Part shown: piece by piece, positions 28,584-38,248 of the stretch
Layout: each line of letters opens with the position of its first letter
Numbering within the stretch: position 1 is the first letter of the stretch
Virus genome (UHGV): UHGV-1364187
Strand: one strand, 5' to 3'
DNA from: a virus
Length of the DNA: 64,000 bases
The notes under the pieces: model-generated
Told to the model about the DNA's origin: nothing
Databases searched by the model: none
The model's input: only the letters and a program-made list of their open reading frames with translations
Translations under genes and position numbers: made by a program

Positions 28584-29996
28584 TTAAAACGATGTGCTCA
28601 TTAAATCTAATAAGAATGGTTGTATTTCGTTTATAGATTTAACAGGTATAGATTTATTTCCAGTAATAGTATTTTCTATATAATATCCATTTACTTCTTC
28701 CATAATTCTTAAATCAATATATCCTTCTAATAAAGAATTGCATTGTTCTCTTATATCTTTGTCTAGTATTGGAAATCCAGTATGAATTATATCTTTATCT
28801 AATTTTTGTTTATAACTATAGAGAACATTCTCTTCTATAATATCCTTTAACAAAGTACCACTATCAGATTCATATATAACTTTAGAATCAGGAAAGTTCT
28901 TTATTAAATCTTTCATATCGAAAGTATCAAAATATTCATGAGATTCACAAATATGTTCTAATCTATCTATAATATTTGTATTTTCTACTTTAATATCTGA
29001 TATTGTATATACTTTACCTTTTAAGAAATCTTTAGCTTTTACTTTCTTTAATTCATCACTATCACATATAAAAATATTATCTGATAATCTGTTTGTCATA
29101 ATACCATGACCATCATTTATATATCCAGTGTCACTATAAGATACTGCATAAATATGATCAGATGGATCCATTGGATGACCTCCACATGAACATCCAGCAT
29201 ACTCGTGTATATGAACTTTCTTTTTATCTTTAGGTGTTTCTAAAGAGAATTTTATATCTAAGAATAACTCTAACAGTTGACCGAACTGGTTATCTGTTAA
29301 TCTTAGATAATTAAATTTACCTTGTTTTTCAATAGCTTTTTCTTTAGCTATTTGTTTAGCTCTGTATTCTGGCATTTCTCTATTGTTTTTATTATTTCCA
29401 CCATCTTTAAGATCAATCATAGCATCGAATGGTTTGATATAATAATCTGGTATCCAAAAATGTCTCTCTCCTTTATATGTATATGGAATAATCAACTCTT
29501 TATCTTTTCCATCTATAGTAAATATATCTATATTGGCTCTAAGATGTAATACTTGGTCACAGAACTCTAGAAAATTTTTCTCATAAGAACCTACATATGT
29601 AAGTGTTTGACCATCACTAAAAGTGTATGTTCCTGAGATAGATCTATTATTTAACATCTTTGCTTGATGTTCTGGGTCATTTAATAATGTTTTTACACCA
29701 TATTTCTTTACATGATTTTTTAATGCTTTTTCTCTAGCTATCTTTTTACATTCTTCATTAGGATGTATATCATCATATCTCCACTTATCTTCATTCCATT
29801 CTGTAGGTTTACCACAACTTCTACATATACCTCCAGATACATTATTTAGATAATCAAATACAACCCTAGCTGCAGTATATCCTTCTGGAATCATTTCTTC
29901 ATGTTCTTCTGATACATGTGAAACTAAATCTCCTCTTATTGCAGTGAAGTCACAATATGGACATTTATATTTACGAGTACTTTTATATACTTTCAT
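28584..29996 (-). CDS. Hypothetical protein of 470 aa with an N-terminal zinc-finger-like CPYC...H motif.
   Basis: Long ORF. Confidence 0.7.
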   Translation of the reverse strand: MKVYKSTRKYKCPYCDFTAIRGDLVSHVSEEHEEMIPEGYTAARVVFDYLNNVSGGICRSCGKPTEWNEDKWRYDDIHPNEECKKIAREKALKNHVKKYGVKTLLNDPEHQAKMLNNRSISGTYTFSDGQTLTYVGSYEKNFLEFCDQVLHLRANIDIFTIDGKDKELIIPYTYKGERHFWIPDYYIKPFDAMIDLKDGGNNKNNREMPEYRAKQIAKEKAIEKQGKFNYLRLTDNQFGQLLELFLDIKFSLETPKDKKKVHIHEYAGCSCGGHPMDPSDHIYAVSYSDTGYINDGHGIMTNRLSDNIFICDSDELKKVKAKDFLKGKVYTISDIKVENTNIIDRLEHICESHEYFDTFDMKDLIKNFPDSKVIYESDSGTLLKDIIEENVLYSYKQKLDKDIIHTGFPILDKDIREQCNSLLEGYIDLRIMEEVNGYYIENTITGNKSIPVKSINEIQPFLLDLMSTSF

Positions 29997-30102
29997 TATA
30001 TTTTCACTCTCCTTATATCTTTATTGTATTTAATTAGATGTTTTTGAAAGTAATACGGTAAACTATTATATAAAAAGTCCTATAAGAAAGGAGATTAATA
30101 AT

Positions 30103-30474
30103 ATGGAGGAGCGTCTCTTATCAAAGAATAATTTTGAAATGCCAGCGGTATTAAAGGATGATGACGCTGCTGTTATGTGTATTATACGTCTAATTACTAT
30201 GGATCCAGGAACCGATCCATTACATCCAGATATGGGTGTAGGAATATTTACTAAATTTAGATATAGTTTTGAAGAAGATATACGAAAATTGAAGAATGAA
30301 ATAACTAATCAAATTATAACTTATATGCCACAATTATCTGGTGTATCTGTAAGTTTAGAAGTTAAAATTTCTAGAATTTTCGTAACAATTCAATTTAATA
30401 TGAATATTGTAACTATTATTGTTGATAATGATAATAAGACTGTTACATTAGATTCGTTGAAAGGAGATAAATGA
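30103..30474 (+). CDS. Baseplate wedge protein, gp25/GPW-like.
   Basis: MDPGTDPLHPDMGVGIF resembles the conserved gp25 motif G-x-R-P-F-D-P-E-F-G. The size (123 aa) and downstream similarity (NEITNQIITYMPQL versus ERNIESAVRNYEPRI) fit. Confidence 0.55.
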   Translation: MEERLLSKNNFEMPAVLKDDDAAVMCIIRLITMDPGTDPLHPDMGVGIFTKFRYSFEEDIRKLKNEITNQIITYMPQLSGVSVSLEVKISRIFVTIQFNMNIVTIIVDNDNKTVTLDSLKGDK

Positions 30475-30475
30475 T

Positions 30476-31063
30476 ATGGCAAAGAGTATTGGAAATCCAG
30501 CAGATTTATTACCTAAGAAGAAAGTTCAAGCTAGAGATGCATCTACTGATGCGTTAGGGGATTTAGGTACAGTAATTATGAGAGAAAATCAAGAAGCAGA
30601 AAAAATAGCTAGAGCTATGATGGAAGATATGAAAAAAGCTAAAGCTATGGGATTAGAACCTCAATTTAGAACAGATGAACTAGCTACAGAAGGAATGCAA
30701 CCTATTGATTTTCCAAAAGATATGAAAACTAAAGATGGTGTAGATTCTAGCATTCCAGCAAATTCTCCAATAGAAGCTAAACCTTCTGAAGCTTTGGATA
30801 TAAGAACTATTCAAAGTTTAAATAATTATATTACCCCACCAGCATATTTTAATGACAGAGGACAACAAGTAGATGTTGGTATGATTGGACCACGTTCATT
30901 ATTAATTGATAATGGAACTATTAGTCCAGAAGTTGCTAAAGAGATTATTGAAGAAAATAAAGCTCAACATCAAGTAGAAAAAGATACAATAGAATGTGAT
31001 ATAGATCCAGATGATTTTAGATCATTACTTGGTGATGATTTTATTGAATCTTTTGATGATTAA
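30476..31063 (+). CDS. Hypothetical protein of 195 aa.
   Basis: ORF overlapping the upstream stop. Confidence 0.7.
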   Translation: MAKSIGNPADLLPKKKVQARDASTDALGDLGTVIMRENQEAEKIARAMMEDMKKAKAMGLEPQFRTDELATEGMQPIDFPKDMKTKDGVDSSIPANSPIEAKPSEALDIRTIQSLNNYITPPAYFNDRGQQVDVGMIGPRSLLIDNGTISPEVAKEIIEENKAQHQVEKDTIECDIDPDDFRSLLGDDFIESFDD

Positions 31064-31090
31064 AAAAAATAAATTATGAGGTGATATAGT

Positions 31091-32470
31091 ATGGAAACAA
31101 CAAATTTAAATGAATTAACGAAAAATCAAGAAGTAACTCAAGAAACCGTTGACAAATTACAACAAATTGTAAATGCTAATAAAGAAGCTGCACAACAAGT
31201 AGTTCAGCAAGAACAAATTAAAGAAGAAACAGCTGTACAACAAGCAGTTCAACAAGAACAAATACAAGAAGTTCAACCACAAGAAGAAGTTGTAGAAGAT
31301 AAACAAATACAAGAAGTTCAACCAACAACTTCTATTGAAGAAAAAGAATACGATGAAATTGTTACTGTCATAAGTGATGATAAAGATGAAGAAGAAATTG
31401 AAGATGATGATGATGAGTTTGATGATATTGATAATATGTTGAACAAAGATGAAATAATCAATGTTATCAAAAGTAAAGTTGTAGAAAAGCTTCGTCCACA
31501 TAAACTCGACCTTCATTCTTTCACAGTAGCATCTCCAGTAAAAGTTGCAAATCTTGTATCAAATAATAAACCATTACATCCAATAGATACAATCGATTGG
31601 TATTTACCAGTAACTGATGTAAATATTACAATGAGAAGATTTGAAGGATCAGAAATTATTGCACTTGGTGGAATTGGAAATTCAAATCAAGGTAAATCAG
31701 TTCGTAATGCAAATCTAGATATTCTTAGACTTATCTATGATCATGTAACGAACGAAAACAAACCAGAATTTGAAGTTTGGATTAAATCTGTTGCTAATCA
31801 AGATCTAGAACAATTATATTTTGCTATTCTAGTTGCAACTTTCAAAGATTCAAACTATCTAGTTTATGCATGTGAAAATAAACGTTGTAAAGATATAGAT
31901 CTTGTTCATAAAGATTATAGAGATATGATCCATTTCTATGATGAAAAAGAAGAAGAAAAATTCTATAAACACATTGAAGAAGGATCATACACATATACAA
32001 TGGATGCTATTGAAATGGAATTTGTTCCAATCACAGATAAATATTGTGTAACAATCAAAAATCCATCTTTATATGATCAACTAATTGAACCAACTTTCTT
32101 AAGAGAGAAATATAGAAAAGAAAACGAAGAAAAGATTGCAATCATTTCATACATTGATACAATATATAGAATTGATGCTGCAAATCAAACACTTATTCCA
32201 GTTGATTATAGTCTTAAAACTGAAGATAGTACAAAGATTATCAGAAATAAATACAGACTATATATGCAATTCTTAAATTCATTAAATTCAGATCAATTTA
32301 CATACTTAACAAGCATCATTAATAAAGTAGTAAATGATCAAACTATATGTGAATTTATTATTCCAGAACATACATGTGAAAAATGTAAAACTAAGATTGA
32401 ACCTAAAGAATCATCTGCATTAAAATTACTTTTTACACGTCACCAGTTAGCAGCCCTAGCGACTATCTAA
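31091..32470 (+). CDS. Hypothetical protein of 459 aa with an acidic N-terminal region of imperfect QQEQI/EVQP repeats.
   Basis: ORF with SD GAGGTGATATAGTATG. Confidence 0.75.
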   Translation: METTNLNELTKNQEVTQETVDKLQQIVNANKEAAQQVVQQEQIKEETAVQQAVQQEQIQEVQPQEEVVEDKQIQEVQPTTSIEEKEYDEIVTVISDDKDEEEIEDDDDEFDDIDNMLNKDEIINVIKSKVVEKLRPHKLDLHSFTVASPVKVANLVSNNKPLHPIDTIDWYLPVTDVNITMRRFEGSEIIALGGIGNSNQGKSVRNANLDILRLIYDHVTNENKPEFEVWIKSVANQDLEQLYFAILVATFKDSNYLVYACENKRCKDIDLVHKDYRDMIHFYDEKEEEKFYKHIEEGSYTYTMDAIEMEFVPITDKYCVTIKNPSLYDQLIEPTFLREKYRKENEEKIAIISYIDTIYRIDAANQTLIPVDYSLKTEDSTKIIRNKYRLYMQFLNSLNSDQFTYLTSIINKVVNDQTICEFIIPEHTCEKCKTKIEPKESSALKLLFTRHQLAALATI

Positions 32471-32484
32471 AGCTTTGTTATAAC

Positions 32485-32727
32485 GTGTCTTCTAATTTAA
32501 ATAGAGGAAAAACTTTATCATATATGGAGGCAAGAAACTTACCTATTGGTGAGTTATCTTACCTCAATATGATTTTGTTCCAACAAAATAAATTAGAAGA
32601 GGAAAGAGAAAAAGAACGTAAAAAACAAGCTGCTAAGAAAAATCAAAGAGGAAATAAACAACCTCAACAACAGCCAACTGGTGTTCCTGTAAGAGTAGTA
32701 GAAGAAATGATAGATGAATTGACATAG
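32485..32727 (+). CDS. Small hypothetical protein. The start is uncertain: GTG at 32485 or ATG at 32524.
   Basis: ORF with a basic C-terminus and no clear SD. Confidence 0.35.
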   Translation: MSSNLNRGKTLSYMEARNLPIGELSYLNMILFQQNKLEEEREKERKKQAAKKNQRGNKQPQQQPTGVPVRVVEEMIDELT

Positions 32728-32741
32728 AGGAGGTGAAATCT

Positions 32742-33035
32742 TTGGATGTTTTACAATATAATACACCATGTATGAAAACCGTATTAAATGAATACTTTGA
32801 GGAATTAATGATAGTAAACTCTATTATATATAAATCGTATACTATATTAGATACATATATAGACAATAAAGATGATAAATTATCGGTTAAATTAGATTTT
32901 GTATCTGAAGAAGATTGTTCATATATGTATCAATTAGTAAAGAATGTAAATATTATTAGATATAATAATACATTTAATATAGTTGGATTTATGATGTCTC
33001 CGACTAGTATTATGATAGCTATACATAAGATTTAA
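32742..33035 (+). CDS. Small hypothetical protein. TTG or GTG start after a GAGGAGGTG SD.
   Basis: ORF with a strong SD. Confidence 0.4.
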   Translation: MDVLQYNTPCMKTVLNEYFEELMIVNSIIYKSYTILDTYIDNKDDKLSVKLDFVSEEDCSYMYQLVKNVNIIRYNNTFNIVGFMMSPTSIMIAIHKI

Positions 33036-33105
33036 GATTAGGATGACCTAATCTTAAATCTTCAACATGTATGTAAATATAACTCATAGAAGGGAGAGTA
33101 ATATA

Positions 33106-34551
33106 ATGAACTATAAGCGTTTAAAAATAGAATTATTAGATCCAGATAGATTGGTAAAAGTTAACAATTTACCAGAGATATCAGATCCAATATTCTTTAA
33201 GAGAGATAATATTCCTACTGAAAAAGGTTTATTGTCTAATGAGTTATTTGGTAATACTATATACGAAAGAGCTAATATATTTGCGTATATAGATCTTGGT
33301 GATTATTTTATTAATCCATTGATATTTAAAACTCTATGTAAACTAAATGCTAAGTTTAAAGATGCTGTTCATGGAACAAAATACTTTAAAATAATAGATG
33401 GTGATTTAGTAGAAGATATGAATGGTGATACTGGATTGGTTTGGCTTAAAGAAAACTTTTCTAAAATTAAATTTAAGAAAACTACATCTGAAAAAAGAGA
33501 TGTGAATATCGAATTTATAGAAAAGAATAGAAATCTAGTATTTATGAACAAACTAATAGTATTACCTCCATATTATAGAGACGTTGATACATCTAATGGT
33601 AGAACTAGTGTAGGTGGAGTAAATAAGATATATAATCTTATATTATTATCTGTAAGATCATTAAAAGAAACACAAGATTATGGATTAAATATATCTGATT
33701 CTATTAGAGGAAGAATACAGGATCAAATTATTGGTGTGTATAACTTCTTTACTAAGGGAGATGATATGACAACAGGTATTGTTTCAGAAAGTGCTGGTTT
33801 ATCTAAGAAAATGGGATTAGTTCGTAGAGCATTATATGCTAAAACTGCTGACTATGGAGATAGACTTATTATATCTTCTGCTGATATCAATTATGATAGA
33901 ATAGATGATATGATTGTAGATTTAGACCATTGCGGTCTTCCATTATCAGCATGTCTGTCTAATATGTTCGGCTTTATAATGTTCAATGTAAAACGTTTCT
34001 TTGAAAATGAATTTTCTTCTCCAAAATATCCATATATAGATAAGAATGGGGAATTAAATTATGTAACAGTAAAGGATCCAAACTTAGCATTTTCAGATGA
34101 AGTTATTAAACATGAATTGGAAAGATTCATTAAGGGATATTCTAATCGTTTTATACCTATAGAAGTTCCGAATGAAGAAGGAAAGAAAATCTATATGAGA
34201 TTTAAAGGACGTAATAAAGTATTAACTAATGAAGATGATATGGATGATAAAACTGGTATTATTAATCGTAGATTAACATGGTGTGATGTTTTTTATATGG
34301 CTGCTGTTGAGTCTGCTAAAGATAAACATGCACTTTTAACACGTTATCCACTAAATGACTATTTTGGTCAAGTGCCAAATAAGATACATGTGTTATCTAC
34401 TATTAAGACAGAAAAAGTAATACTAGATGGACAAATATATCCATACTATCCATATATAAGAGAAGAAATGATTGGGACAGATACTTCTAATATGTTTATA
34501 GATACACTTCAAATATCAAATCTTTTATTAAAGGGACTAGAAGGTGACTTT
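33106..34551 (+). CDS. Multisubunit RNA polymerase beta-prime, N-terminal subunit, exon 1.
   Basis: Alignable to bacterial beta-prime: NELFG, VLPPYYRDVD (VLPPDLRP), KKMGLVRRALYAKTADYGDRLII ([24 protein letters not shown]), DHCGLPLSACLSNMF (HQCGLPKKMALELF), LLTRYPLNDYFGQ (LLNRAPTLHRLGIQ). Ends ...KGLEGDF. SD AAGGGAGAG at the ATG at 33106. Confidence 0.7.
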
Positions 34552-35917
34552 AAAATAACCCATTGGAGTCATCTCTGTTGTTATAAACAACTAAAACAAA
34601 AACCTCTTTAACTGCTGGAAACTCCTTAGAGCTAAATAAACTACAACGTAATCTGTAAAGATAAGCGTGAATGTTTGAAAATTATTTAGATTGGACAATC
34701 AGCAGCCAAGTTATCAATTATAATTTAACAATAAATGAAATTATATAAGTGATAGTAATACATATTACTATACTAAAATATATAAGGAGGTATTGTTATG
34801 AATGATAATTTCATAGTACCAGCATTTATTGTTAAAGAAAAAAGTAAGAGAAGAATTTATGGAACATCTTTTACAAAAAGAACAAGAACTTATATTTTAT
34901 GGCTACACTATATTTGAATATCCAGAAGAATGGAGACCTATAGAATGCTTTGATATTAAAAAAGGATTATACTTAATATCTAATTATGGTCGTGTGTATA
35001 GTATGCAACACAATGTGAATTATCGGTTTTACCTAATGATGGTTACAGACAAGTTGTATTACAAACAAAAGACAATAAAAGAAAGACATATTCCATACAT
35101 AGATTAGTTATATATACATTCATTCCAAAAACTGATGAAGATATAATAAATCAAAGAGATTATATTAATCATAAGAATCTTCATAGAGATTGTAATTTCA
35201 CATGGAATCTTGAATATGTAACACCTAATGAGAATACTATACACGCTATAATTAATAATGCCATTGGTGAAGATTATTCTTATGAATATAGTGGAAATTG
35301 GAGTAAAGGTGAAAGAACATTCGGTGAAAATAACGGAATGTCAGAGTGGACAGAAGAACAAGTTCATATTATATGTCAAGCATTACAAGATGGGAAAATC
35401 TACAAAAGATGCATTAACTTTAGCTGGAATTCCTGTAACTGATAACGCTATTTATAATGTAAGTCATATTGTTCAAGGTAAAAGGTGGAAGTATATTTCT
35501 AGTCAGTATAATATTCAACAGAAATGGAAGATAACTGATAAATCCGATTTTGTAATTCCAGTATGTGAATTGTTAGAGAAAGGTTATAGTCCATCTGAAA
35601 TTTATGAATTACTTCCAGATATTCTTGGTAAAAGAGATAATGTATTACCGTTTATACGAGGTATTAAAAGACGTAAATATTATACTAATATTAGTAAGAA
35701 TTATAATTGGTAAAAGGTTCAACGACTATCGAAAAGACATGTGCAAACATGGAACTTAGTAGAGTACACTTTATATAAAGTGGAAATGGGAGGCTTCTCT
35801 ATAAAGAGATGAAGATATAGTCTATCCGATATAGAAATATATCGCTATACTTATACGGATATTATAAATATTTCGTTATTTATAAAAATGATAGTCGTAT
35901 AAGTATTAAATTCCGAA
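34552..35917 (+). mobile_element. Group-I-like intron carrying a homing-endonuclease gene, inserted in the DFDGD codons of beta-prime.
   Basis: The 5' exon ends in U (GACUUU). The internal guide CCCATTGGAGTC at 34559..34570 can pair with the 5' exon (GGAGUC with GACUUU, P1, terminal U.G) and with the 3' exon start (CCCAUU with GAUGGG, P10). Joining the exons restores GDFDGDQ...YTLEAN. Confidence 0.6.
34798..35713 (+). pseudogene. HNH homing endonuclease (NUMOD4 plus HNH plus C-terminal HTH) disrupted by about three frameshifts.
   Basis: EEWRPIECFDIKKGLYLISNYGRV (NUMOD4), ..DGYRQVVLQTKDNKRKTYSIHRLV..INHKNLHRDCNFTWNLEYVTPNEN (HNH) and EEQVHIICQALQDGKSTKDALTLAGIPV...KRWKYISSQY lie in three different frames, with breaks at A6, T4 and A4 runs. 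Confidence 0.65.
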
Positions 35918-36115
35918 GATGGGGACCAACTTTCGAGTAAAGTAGCGTATACGCTTGAAGCTAATGATGAGCTTGATAAGTATATGAATTCTAACTCATA
36001 TTATATCGACATGGGTGGAAATTGTATTCGTACAACGACCAACGAAGCAATTCAAGCTATATACTCTTTAACAAAAGTTGTAGATAAATCGAAATTAACA
36101 GATCCAATATTCTAA
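35918..36115 (+). CDS. RNA polymerase beta-prime N-terminal subunit, exon 2.
   Basis: DGDQLSSKVAYTLEANDELDKYM aligns with [23 protein letters not shown] of bacterial beta-prime. Stop at 36113..36115. Confidence 0.6.
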   Translation, partial: DGDQLSSKVAYTLEANDELDKYMNSNSYYIDMGGNCIRTTTNEAIQAIYSLTKVVDKSKLTDPIF

Positions 36116-36125
36116 AATATAATAA

Positions 36126-36158
36126 TAGATTACACTATTTTTAGTGTAATCTATTTTT
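36126..36158 (+). terminator. Hairpin AGATTACACT...AGTGTAATCT plus a T7 run.
   Basis: 10-bp stem followed by TATTTTTT. Confidence 0.65.
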
Positions 36159-36186
36159 TAATTATATATTATACATATGAATATAA
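36155..36186 (+). promoter_or_regulatory. Class-B promoter-like motif, plus orientation.
   Basis: TTAATTATATATTATACATATGAA. Confidence 0.4.
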
Positions 36187-36206
36187 TATTAAAAGGAGAG
36201 ATGTAT

Positions 36207-36377
36207 TATGGAAAAAGGAATTAAAGCATTAGGATTAGATATCCTTTTAAATGATAAAGATCAGAGAGTAAGAAGAAAAGTAGCAAGACATGGATATGGT
36301 TTAGATATCCTTGTTAAAGATGAAGATTATGATGTAAGAGCGGAAGCAGTTAAACAATTAAAATTAAGAAACAAATA
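36207..36377 (+). CDS. Small protein of 56 aa with two HEAT-like repeats.
   Basis: LLNDKDQRVRRKVA and LVKDEDYDVRAEAV repeats. SD AAAGGAGAG. Confidence 0.4.
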
Positions 36378-36398
36378 ATATTTAAGGAGAGTGTTTAG

Positions 36399-36882
36399 TA
36401 TGGAAAAAGATATTGTATTTATAGTTGAAGATTCTCAAAAGATTGATAATTATTTAACACTAATGTTTAACAAAATACCAGAATTTGTAGAAGAAAGAAA
36501 AAGAGACATATTAGAGAAAAATGGTATCGAATATGATGATATTAACGATTACTATATTACACCTCTAGGATATAAAAATTCAGAATGTAAAAGTATTCAA
36601 GAGATGTTTAAACATATAATGTTACCTATATTTATATATTATGATATTAAAAATAACCATGTTATATCATATAACTCTATATCTAGTTATATATCAAATG
36701 AACTCGAAAGAATTCCTATGGTAATATATGATAAACATTACAATGAAATATTAACAGTGTATAATATTAAAGAATATTATACATTTTTAGAACAGTATAA
36801 ATTATTCATCTTAAATTTATTTAGTGATGAATATTATGATATTACTATGGCGTTGACAAAACTAATGAATAAATGGGAGTAA
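36399..36882 (+). CDS. Hypothetical protein of ~160 aa.
   Basis: ORF with SD TAAGGAGAG 8 nt upstream of the ATG. Confidence 0.7.
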
Positions 36883-36972
36883 TAATAGATAGTATTGGAG
36901 ATGTGATATTTAACATATATAGGTATATATTGAATAAAATTAAAATATATTATATAACAAAGGAGAATTAAT

Positions 36973-37404
36973 ATGAAAAGTAAAGTATACTACAAATGTT
37001 CAGAATTAGTAAACAATGACGAAATTGATATGTTTGTTAAACAAGTATATCTAGCATTTTATAATGATGCTAGATATAAGAATTTAGTTGATGAATATGG
37101 AAGAAGATTCGATATTAAGAGGCCTCATATATATTTCCATAATATGTCAACCACTACAATGATAAGAAGTATTGTACTTTATCTTATAAATAAAGTACAT
37201 AAAGAATATTTATCTGTAGATTATGTTGTGTATTATGCTATATCTGTAATAGAACAAAAGTTAGTTAAGTTCTCTGTATTAGATAATATTATTGCACAAC
37301 AACTTTTACTATTAAAACCTGGAAGTGAACTTATTGATGTTATCTTATCACGAAATGCTATCGGTGAAGATGATGATAAAATCTTCTTTTGTAAAAGTAA
37401 ATAA
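36973..37404 (+). CDS. Hypothetical protein of 143 aa.
   Basis: ORF with SD AAAGGAGAATTAATATG. Confidence 0.7.
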   Translation: MKSKVYYKCSELVNNDEIDMFVKQVYLAFYNDARYKNLVDEYGRRFDIKRPHIYFHNMSTTTMIRSIVLYLINKVHKEYLSVDYVVYYAISVIEQKLVKFSVLDNIIAQQLLLLKPGSELIDVILSRNAIGEDDDKIFFCKSK

Positions 37405-37405
37405 T

Positions 37406-37433
37406 CTCAATTATATATTATAACTATGAATAA
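37406..37433 (+). promoter_or_regulatory. Class-B promoter-like motif, plus orientation.
   Basis: CTCAATTATATATTATAACTATGAA. Confidence 0.4.
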
Positions 37434-37439
37434 TATACA

Positions 37440-37650
37440 TTGATTATATTATTGGAGCGTTATAATATTTGATTGGGAGACGATAATATGGTGACAAGAA
37501 TAAGGAATAGTATATCGTAATTGTACGGATGTCAAGACGTGTTATATTTAACTAGAAAGGGGGATTCGTACCATGCCAGACGATTACGAAACATACGGAA
37601 CAGAGTATTAAATAGTATTAATCCCAAAAAACATTAAAAACTGTTTTTTA
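37440..37650 (+). ncRNA. Candidate small non-coding RNA, no ORF longer than 12 codons.
   Basis: Sits between a class-B promoter motif and a strong terminator. Locally higher GC (GGGGGATTCGTACCATGCCAGACGATTACG). Confidence 0.3.
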
Positions 37651-37651
37651 T

Positions 37652-37692
37652 AAACACTAGATAGATTGGTAGCTATCTAGTGTTTATTTTTT
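37652..37692. terminator. Bidirectional terminator AAACACTAGATAG...CTATCTAGTGTTT.
   Basis: 13-bp stem between the plus-strand unit and the minus-strand gene at 37694. Confidence 0.65.
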
Positions 37693-37693
37693 A

Positions 37694-38248
37694 TTATTTT
37701 CTGTGTTGTCTTCTTGTGTTTACATTTATTTGAGGTTTAACTGCTTCTTTTACTGGTACTTCAGTAGTGGTTTCTTCTACTTTAGTTTCTTCAGCAGTTA
37801 CTACTTCTTCTGCTGGAGCTAAATCATCAACTTTGGTTTCTTCTTTTACTGGAACTTCAGTAGTGGTTTCTTCTACTTTAGTTTCTTCTTTAGCTTCATT
37901 AATTGATTCTTTTACTAATTCTTCTGTAGATTTAACTTCTACAGCTTCATTCTTAATTTCTCCTTTAGCTTGTTTAACAGCTTCTTCAACAGCTTTTTCT
38001 AATTGAGGTTTGAATCCTAATTTTGTAGGATCAACAACAATTTTTCCACCATTGTCTTTATTATAATTAGTAAAGTTTAGTCTTACAATATCTCCATTTG
38101 GTAAGATTTCATCTACAGTAGCTCCTCCGACTAAACATCTGTAAATTTGATCTTCAGTCATTTGTCTATTTGAAAATTTACCAATTAATGGAGTAATATC
38201 TACACCATGTACTGGTGTGTTTGCTTTTACATTAACTTTTTTCATCAT
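37694..38248 (-). CDS. Hypothetical protein of 184 aa with a C-terminal tandem ETKVEETTTEVPVKE repeat.
   Basis: ORF. A DNA tandem repeat of ~95 nt in two copies at 37748..37895. Confidence 0.7.
   Translation of the reverse strand: MMKKVNVKANTPVHGVDITPLIGKFSNRQMTEDQIYRCLVGGATVDEILPNGDIVRLNFTNYNKDNGGKIVVDPTKLGFKPQLEKAVEEAVKQAKGEIKNEAVEVKSTEELVKESINEAKEETKVEETTTEVPVKEETKVDDLAPAEEVVTAEETKVEETTTEVPVKEAVKPQINVNTRRQHRK
37748..37895. repeat. Tandem direct repeat of ~95 nt, two copies, inside the 37694 gene.
   Basis: TTTACTGG(T/A)ACTTCAGTAGTGGTTTCTTCTACTTTAGTTTCTTC appears twice. Confidence 0.7.

Noticed and set aside
34552-35917. Intein, or protein-level split with independent translation of the DGDQ... 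piece.
   Set aside because: The insert is out of frame and carries stops, so it is not an intein. No in-frame start or SD precedes DGDQ, so an independently translated piece is unlikely.
37540-37620. Possible tRNA (GGGGGATTCGTACC...).
   Set aside because: There is no canonical T-loop (GTTCRANYC) or cloverleaf. It is treated only as part of a candidate small RNA.
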